Origin: an uncultured virus (IMG/VR IMGVR_UViG_3300028840_005337)
Lineage: Duplodnaviria; Heunggongvirae; Uroviricota; Caudoviricetes
DNA: 64,000 nt
Direction: 5' to 3' (one strand)
IMG/VR virus record: IMGVR_UViG_3300028840_005337
Coordinates: 62,001-126,000 of that record
Shown: positions 59,028 to 64,000 of the stretch, one piece after another
Numbering within the stretch: the first letter of the stretch is position 1
How the letters are laid out: the number at the start of each line of letters is the position of its first letter
Position numbers and translations under genes: made by a program
The notes under the pieces: model-generated
What the model was told of the DNA's origin: nothing
Databases searched by the model: none
What the model saw: only the letters and a program-made list of their open reading frames with translations

Positions 59028-60221
59028 ATGCCACTAGAAAAAGACTCGTTTTGGGACCGCGGGAACGCCGTAATGGATTCCCAACTGGATCCCTCGCAGT
59101 ACCATAATCCGGCAGAAGAGATACTGCCGATAAGCAAACAATCGATGGCGAGTGTGCTGCCGCCCGGCGTTTGGGGGGCACAGGGCACTGTCATCAGGCG
59201 TTCTACGATGGATGGAGCACCGATCGGATGGGATCCTTTCGAAGTCGCCACCCGGGTGAATGTCGATCCAGACATCCCCGGGCAAGGCTTCGTGATCGAC
59301 CCCAGGCAGATCCAGAAGGATGCAGCCCTCAAGGCCGTCAAAGATGCCGGTGTGCGGCACGCTTCGACGGTAGAGGACCTGCGCTTCGCCGGTGCGAGAG
59401 CCTATCAGCAGTTCGCCATCAGCAACGTTCCAGATACCCCGGCCATGACCGCACGTGAGCGTCCTCGAGAGGCACCGATTGCTTTGCCTGGCGTCTATGT
59501 CGTGCCCAAGGCCACCGAAGGAGGAGGACAAGAAGTGCCCACAGCCAACGAGCATGTGAACGACATCGTCAGCGGTTATGACCTCGCCCAGGGCGTGGCC
59601 ACAGGCCGCAACGATCAACCATCTGCGAAGCAGCCCCAGGAGCCCGCAACCGTCCCGCAGGCCCCTGCGCCGCCTCCGCAGTCTCCGCCGCCCGTGCCGC
59701 AAGGTCCCCCGCAGCCACAGCCGCAGCAGGCTGTGTACGCTGCGCCACCGCAACCGGCCCCGGCCGCTCCGGCAGCCCCTGTGGCTCCGGTAGGCGCACC
59801 CATGCCTGCCCCGTCGTTGTTCGGCCCGTGCGGCCCTACCGGCGAGACACCGGCTGCCGCTGGACCCTCTGCGCCCAGCTACAAGGTCACGTTCGAGGTC
59901 CGCGGCGCGCCCGCGGCTATCGAAGCGTGGTACCACGAGATCGTCAAGGACAACCAGGTGCTCGTGATGTGCTATGACACGCGCACCCACGGTTATCCCC
60001 GGATCAACCTCATGCCCACCGAGGAAGATATCGCCATCCATCTCGACGGCAGCGACATGGTCTACGACGTGACGGACCCCGCAATCAAGTTCGTTCACGG
60101 GCACGATGAGCTGCAAATCTTTCTCATCAAACGCGAGCGCCCGTTGCCTGGCGCTGTCGTTGACAGCACGCCTCAGGCTGCGGTTGCCGGCGGGCAACAC
60201 AATATCGTGGGATTGCAATAG
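59028..60221 (+). CDS. Hypothetical protein with Pro/Gln/Ala-rich linker
   Basis: GGAGGAAAGG RBS; low-complexity central linker. Confidence 0.7.
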   Translation: MPLEKDSFWDRGNAVMDSQLDPSQYHNPAEEILPISKQSMASVLPPGVWGAQGTVIRRSTMDGAPIGWDPFEVATRVNVDPDIPGQGFVIDPRQIQKDAALKAVKDAGVRHASTVEDLRFAGARAYQQFAISNVPDTPAMTARERPREAPIALPGVYVVPKATEGGGQEVPTANEHVNDIVSGYDLAQGVATGRNDQPSAKQPQEPATVPQAPAPPPQSPPPVPQGPPQPQPQQAVYAAPPQPAPAAPAAPVAPVGAPMPAPSLFGPCGPTGETPAAAGPSAPSYKVTFEVRGAPAAIEAWYHEIVKDNQVLVMCYDTRTHGYPRINLMPTEEDIAIHLDGSDMVYDVTDPAIKFVHGHDELQIFLIKRERPLPGAVVDSTPQAAVAGGQHNIVGLQ

Positions 60222-60315
60222 GCGTAGCAGTACTGGCAGCCAAGGGGTAAGATGGTGGATATCTACGTCAATAAGCAACAGATGGCACAGATCATTGCCC
60301 TATGGGGAGATTCCG

Positions 60316-60492
60316 ATGAGCATGGAAAAACAGGGAGTGGTTCGCCGGGGCACGACCCCGGAGATCGAGGAGAAGCAAGAGAAGACCGCGGCCGATGCTG
60401 CAGCCGAGACTCTCAAACAGGCAGCCCGCCGGCTTGAGCAGGACGACCCCAACGGGCGTCTCGCTGACGGTGTGGCCAAGCGCTCCAAATAA
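60316..60492 (+). CDS. Small hypothetical protein
   Basis: GGGGAG RBS; MSMEKQGVV. Confidence 0.55.
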   Translation: MSMEKQGVVRRGTTPEIEEKQEKTAADAAAETLKQAARRLEQDDPNGRLADGVAKRSK

Positions 60493-60506
60493 TCCAAGGA
60501 CGGATC

Positions 60507-62504
60507 ATGAGCTTCCTCATCCCATCGTTTGCTGGCGGGACCAATCGGGGTTCGCAGAACATCGAGCCCTTCCCCGACCCCTTCTGCGACTACGCGTCGA
60601 CGCGTATGCCCGAGTCCCTGGAGAATGCTCTCCGGTGGTGCGAGTACATCATGCTGGCCAACGGCATCTACCGATCGGCGGTGGACCGAGTGGTCTCGTA
60701 CTTCATTACCGAGGTGGAGATCGATGGGACCGATCGGGACGGCAAGGAGAAGTACCTTGACTTCCTGAACAACACGCTGGGCATCAACTCGATCCTTCGG
60801 CAGACGGCGCTCGACTACGTCACCTACGGGAACTTCTTCAACTCGCTGGTTGTGCCATTCAGACGGCACCTGCGCTGCCCAGGCTGCGGCTTCGAGGCGC
60901 CTCTCGACCGGATCCACGGCAACGACAAGTTCAACTTCTCGTGGAGCGGCTTCGAGTTCAACGCCAACTGCCCCTTCTGCAGCTACCACGGCAAGTGGGC
61001 GCACAAGGACAGGCGATCGACCGAGGAAGACGACATCATCATCAAGCGCTGGAGCCCGCACGAGATGGAACTCGTCTGGGACCCGTACACCGACCAAGTC
61101 GGGCACGTGTGGCGCATCCCGAATCACTACAAGAAGTACATCAACCAAGGAACCTTGTTCCATCTGGAGCGTGCGCCGTGGGAGGTCCTGCAGGCGATCA
61201 AGAACAACACGCATATCCAGTTCAACAAGGACATCATCTACCACGGCAAGGAAGATACCCTGGCTGGCGTGCTGAACAAGGGCTGGGGCGTCAGCCGTAT
61301 CCTGACGAACTTCCGTCAGGCGTGGTACGTCCAAGTGCTTCACCGCTACAACGAGGCGATCGGCCTCGACTACATCATCCCATTCAGGGTGATTACGCCC
61401 GAGCCGCGTCCGGGCGGGGCCGGCGGTGGTGGTGAGTCAACGGACCCGCTGTTCACCGCTGACCTCGGCGGCTTCGTAGGCCAAGTCAACTCGATGCTGC
61501 GCCAACGGCGGCGTGACCCGACCATGTGGTTCACCATGCCGTTCCCGCTGAAATACCAGACTCTCGGGGGGGAAGCTAGCCAGTTGGCCCCGTATCAGCT
61601 CATGGACCAGGCCGTGGATGGCCTCCTGACGTCCGTAGGCGTCCCTGTGGAGCTCTACAAGGGTACGATGAGTCTCCAGGCTGCCCCGGCCGCGCTGCGG
61701 CTCCTGGAGAGCACCTGGAGCCACCTGACGACGATGCTGAACAACTACCTCCAGTGGCTGGTCAACAAAATCAGCGTGGCGCTGTCCTGGGACGAGGTTA
61801 CGGCCACCCTGGCCAAGCCGTCGCACGCGGACGATCTGAACCGTCAGCTGGCCAAGCTCCAGCTCATGATGGGACAGTCGATCAGCCAGACGACTGGCCT
61901 CAAGAGCGTCGGCCTCAAGTTCGAGGACGAGCAGCGCCGCATGCTCGACGAGCAGAAGTTCATCGCCGAGGAATCGCAGAAGACACAAGAGGAGCTGGAA
62001 GCCTCGGGCATGGGCGATGCAATGGCGCAAGGCATGATGGGCCCCGGAGGCCAACCGACCGATCCTGCTGCGGCAGGCATGGGTGGCCCTGGTGGTTCCG
62101 CACCTCCGCAAGGCGGTGCACCTCCGGCCGGCGGCGCACCGGGTGGCGCTATGCCTCCTCCAGGCGCAGAAGCCGGAATGGCGCCGATGGACCCGATTCA
62201 GGCCATCATGGCACAAATACCTCTGGGCAATGAGCAAAGCCTCACGCCGCCAGAGCTGGAGCAGATCGCCAACACGGTTGCCGAGCAGATCTACGGACTG
62301 CCCGGCGGGCAACGTGTATCCGCGCTGCGACAACTCAAGCAGGCGTCGCCCACCATTCACAGCCTGGTCAAGAGCCTTCTCGAACAGAAAGACTCGCAGG
62401 CTGAGTCCCAAGGCCGCATGATGGGCCAAGAGCAAGCTATGCAGATGCAACAGCAGAGCATGGCTCCACCCCCGCCGATGGGGCCGGGTGGTGGGATGAT
62501 GTAG
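60507..62504 (+). CDS. Probable portal protein with Zn-ribbon insertion
   Basis: 665 aa; YRSAVDRVVSY, ALDYVTYGNFF, GWGVSRIL, VGVPVEL pattern and Gly/Pro/Met-rich tail as seen in phage portals; CPGC..CPFC insert. Confidence 0.6.
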   Translation: MSFLIPSFAGGTNRGSQNIEPFPDPFCDYASTRMPESLENALRWCEYIMLANGIYRSAVDRVVSYFITEVEIDGTDRDGKEKYLDFLNNTLGINSILRQTALDYVTYGNFFNSLVVPFRRHLRCPGCGFEAPLDRIHGNDKFNFSWSGFEFNANCPFCSYHGKWAHKDRRSTEEDDIIIKRWSPHEMELVWDPYTDQVGHVWRIPNHYKKYINQGTLFHLERAPWEVLQAIKNNTHIQFNKDIIYHGKEDTLAGVLNKGWGVSRILTNFRQAWYVQVLHRYNEAIGLDYIIPFRVITPEPRPGGAGGGGESTDPLFTADLGGFVGQVNSMLRQRRRDPTMWFTMPFPLKYQTLGGEASQLAPYQLMDQAVDGLLTSVGVPVELYKGTMSLQAAPAALRLLESTWSHLTTMLNNYLQWLVNKISVALSWDEVTATLAKPSHADDLNRQLAKLQLMMGQSISQTTGLKSVGLKFEDEQRRMLDEQKFIAEESQKTQEELEASGMGDAMAQGMMGPGGQPTDPAAAGMGGPGGSAPPQGGAPPAGGAPGGAMPPPGAEAGMAPMDPIQAIMAQIPLGNEQSLTPPELEQIANTVAEQIYGLPGGQRVSALRQLKQASPTIHSLVKSLLEQKDSQAESQGRMMGQEQAMQMQQQSMAPPPPMGPGGGMM

Positions 62505-62949
62505 CTTCGAGGTAATCGGCAGCGGCTCGGCACAGTGCCGGGTCGTCTTGAAAATATCCCAGACCAGGATTGCAGCGTGTGCACAGCAGGCCACGCACTT
62601 TACCTGTTACATGGTCATGGTCGACATGGAGCGTCCTATCGCTGGCTTTACGGCAGATGGCGCAGCGACCATCTTGCTCCCGCAGCAACTTATCGAACGC
62701 TTCCTGATCAAGACCGTACTTTTTGAGTCCCTGTTTACGGTTGTGCTTTTGATAGCGTGCCTTGTTGGCATCGCGCCAGCGTTTGCTTGAGTCTCTATTT
62801 CGCTGCGGATTCTTACGGCGATACTCTCGTTGGTAATCCGCCCTGCATTGTTTACAGTGGGAGTCTCGGCCATGGCGTTTTTGGGAGGCGCGTGAGAACG
62901 CCTCGACTGGCTTGGTCTCACCGCATTTGGTACACTGTTTCTCAGCCAT
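62437..62949 (-). mobile_element. Free-standing Endonuclease VII-type homing endonuclease gene
   Basis: N-terminal CTKC..CKQC; QDGRCAIC..LHVDHDHVTGKVRGLLCTRCNPGLG; antisense to both neighbours. Confidence 0.88.
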
Positions 62950-63060
62950 GATACCCCTCTATGGGTAGACTGGTTAGAACTGAGGGCAAGCCCATCTTGA
63001 CCCTCGGTTCGCCATTTTACGATAATTCCTGCTGGTTTGGCAACAGCGAGGAGCAGCAAT

Positions 63061-64000
63061 ATGGCTGAGCGGCTAGGGCTTTACGGCCGTTACTACCAGC
63101 ACGAAACGACCCAGGCAACCATCATGCTGGCTGAGACAGCCACGAACCAAGGCATCCCTGTGTCGATGCTGGCACGCGACGTGTGTCGCCGCGAGGTCTC
63201 GGGGAGCTGGGACAACCGAGTTCTGTCGAACAAAACGCATCCTTACCGTCACTGGGTACGCACGCTAAATAACGTAATTTGGACCAGCGTACCATCTCTC
63301 GGCGAGGTCCAGCTGGCCAAGCAGCTTGGCGTCCGGACCAGCATCCTGATCAACTGGGAGACGCTCGTCCCCGAGGACGAGGCGGTCATCAACCACATCG
63401 ACAAGGTCATCCTGCCCTACCGCTGCGTGGGTAAGGCCATCCACAAATACTGGACGCTGCCTTCGAAGCCCATCATGATGCCCTGGGATGTGCCCGTGGC
63501 GCTCACCAAGCAGCCCGAGCATTTCCGTCGGCACGTCACAGCATACTTCCCGCTGTACGACTCGCAGCCCGAGCGCTCCGACTGCGCTGTGTTTGACATG
63601 ATGGAGAAGGCGCTCAGTGAGGTGCCTGACAGCTGCGTCCTGATCGCCTGTGGCCGCAAGTGGTCCTTGGCGTCCAGGAAGGCCGTGAAGCGCCTACGGA
63701 GCCTCTACGGGCCTCGTACGGTGGCTGTCATCCGACCCAATATGCTACAGCGTCTCCTGCTGTTTGCCAGGGCGGACGTGACCGTCTGGGCGCCGCGGTT
63801 CGAAAGCTTCGGCATCGTGGGGCTGAACAGCATCTGCATGGGCACTCCGGTGCTCTCCTGGGACGTCCGACCGCAGAACGAATTCCTCAAGCCCTGGAAA
63901 AACGCCATGCTGGTTCCGTGCAAGACGGACAAGAACTGGATCGGCGTCCCGGAGGTTGTCGGGGGGTATGGGGACTTCGGTGAATGCTTGATAGCGCTCT
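63061..64000 (+). CDS. GT-B fold (GT4-like) glycosyltransferase, runs off the window end
   Basis: Manual translation from ATG 63061 (GAGGAG RBS): ...ARADVTVWAPRFESFGIVGLNSICMGTPVLSWD. Confidence 0.75.
   Translation, partial: MAERLGLYGRYYQHETTQATIMLAETATNQGIPVSMLARDVCRREVSGSWDNRVLSNKTHPYRHWVRTLNNVIWTSVPSLGEVQLAKQLGVRTSILINWETLVPEDEAVINHIDKVILPYRCVGKAIHKYWTLPSKPIMMPWDVPVALTKQPEHFRRHVTAYFPLYDSQPERSDCAVFDMMEKALSEVPDSCVLIACGRKWSLASRKAVKRLRSLYGPRTVAVIRPNMLQRLLLFARADVTVWAPRFESFGIVGLNSICMGTPVLSWDVRPQNEFLKPWKNAMLVPCKTDKNWIGVPEVVGGYGDFGECLIAL

Noticed and set aside
1..64000. CRISPR, TIGR-type or 5-nt-periodic GGY/NN arrays that could serve the RAMP or IS110-like proteins
   Set aside because: No regularly spaced repeat array was found by eye in any intergenic region of this window; one could lie outside it.
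1..64000. Alternative genetic code (stop-codon reassignment)
   Set aside because: Conserved genes are full length in the standard code and end in TAA, TAG and TGA.

Overview
A gene-dense, GC-rich segment of a large tailed bacteriophage genome. The host is bacterial (NAD-dependent ligase, sigma70, CsrA); a Planctomycetota-like host is only an inference. The window runs from a 3'-truncated lambda-GpA-type terminase large subunit (minus strand, missed by the ORF track) through accessory and nucleotide-metabolism genes: RNase H, a GHKL ATPase-zincin fusion, LigA, dNMP kinase, HAD nucleotidase, phosphoesterase, sigma70, NDK, HldE and CsrA. A replication/recombination block follows (SbcD, SbcC, SF2 helicase, DnaB-like helicase, primase, UDG-PolA fusion, RecA-like, HhH-GPD glycosylase, DEDDh exonuclease, RuvC-like), then a probable portal, an Endo VII homing endonuclease and a truncated glycosyltransferase. 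Four things stand out. (1) Inside the replication block is a cassette of an apparently inactive IS110/Tas-like protein, a stand-alone Cas7/Csm3-like RAMP with its own promoter, and a convergent ~80-nt small RNA with its own promoter and terminator; no CRISPR array is present. (2) A ~395-nt structured RNA has termini that rebuild the 23S rRNA GTPase-associated (L11-binding) centre around a ~320-nt insert. (3) Further structured non-coding elements cluster at 18.9-22.4 kb. (4) An atypical CAU tRNA-like element has a very long variable arm. All family calls are by eye from motifs; no searches were run.
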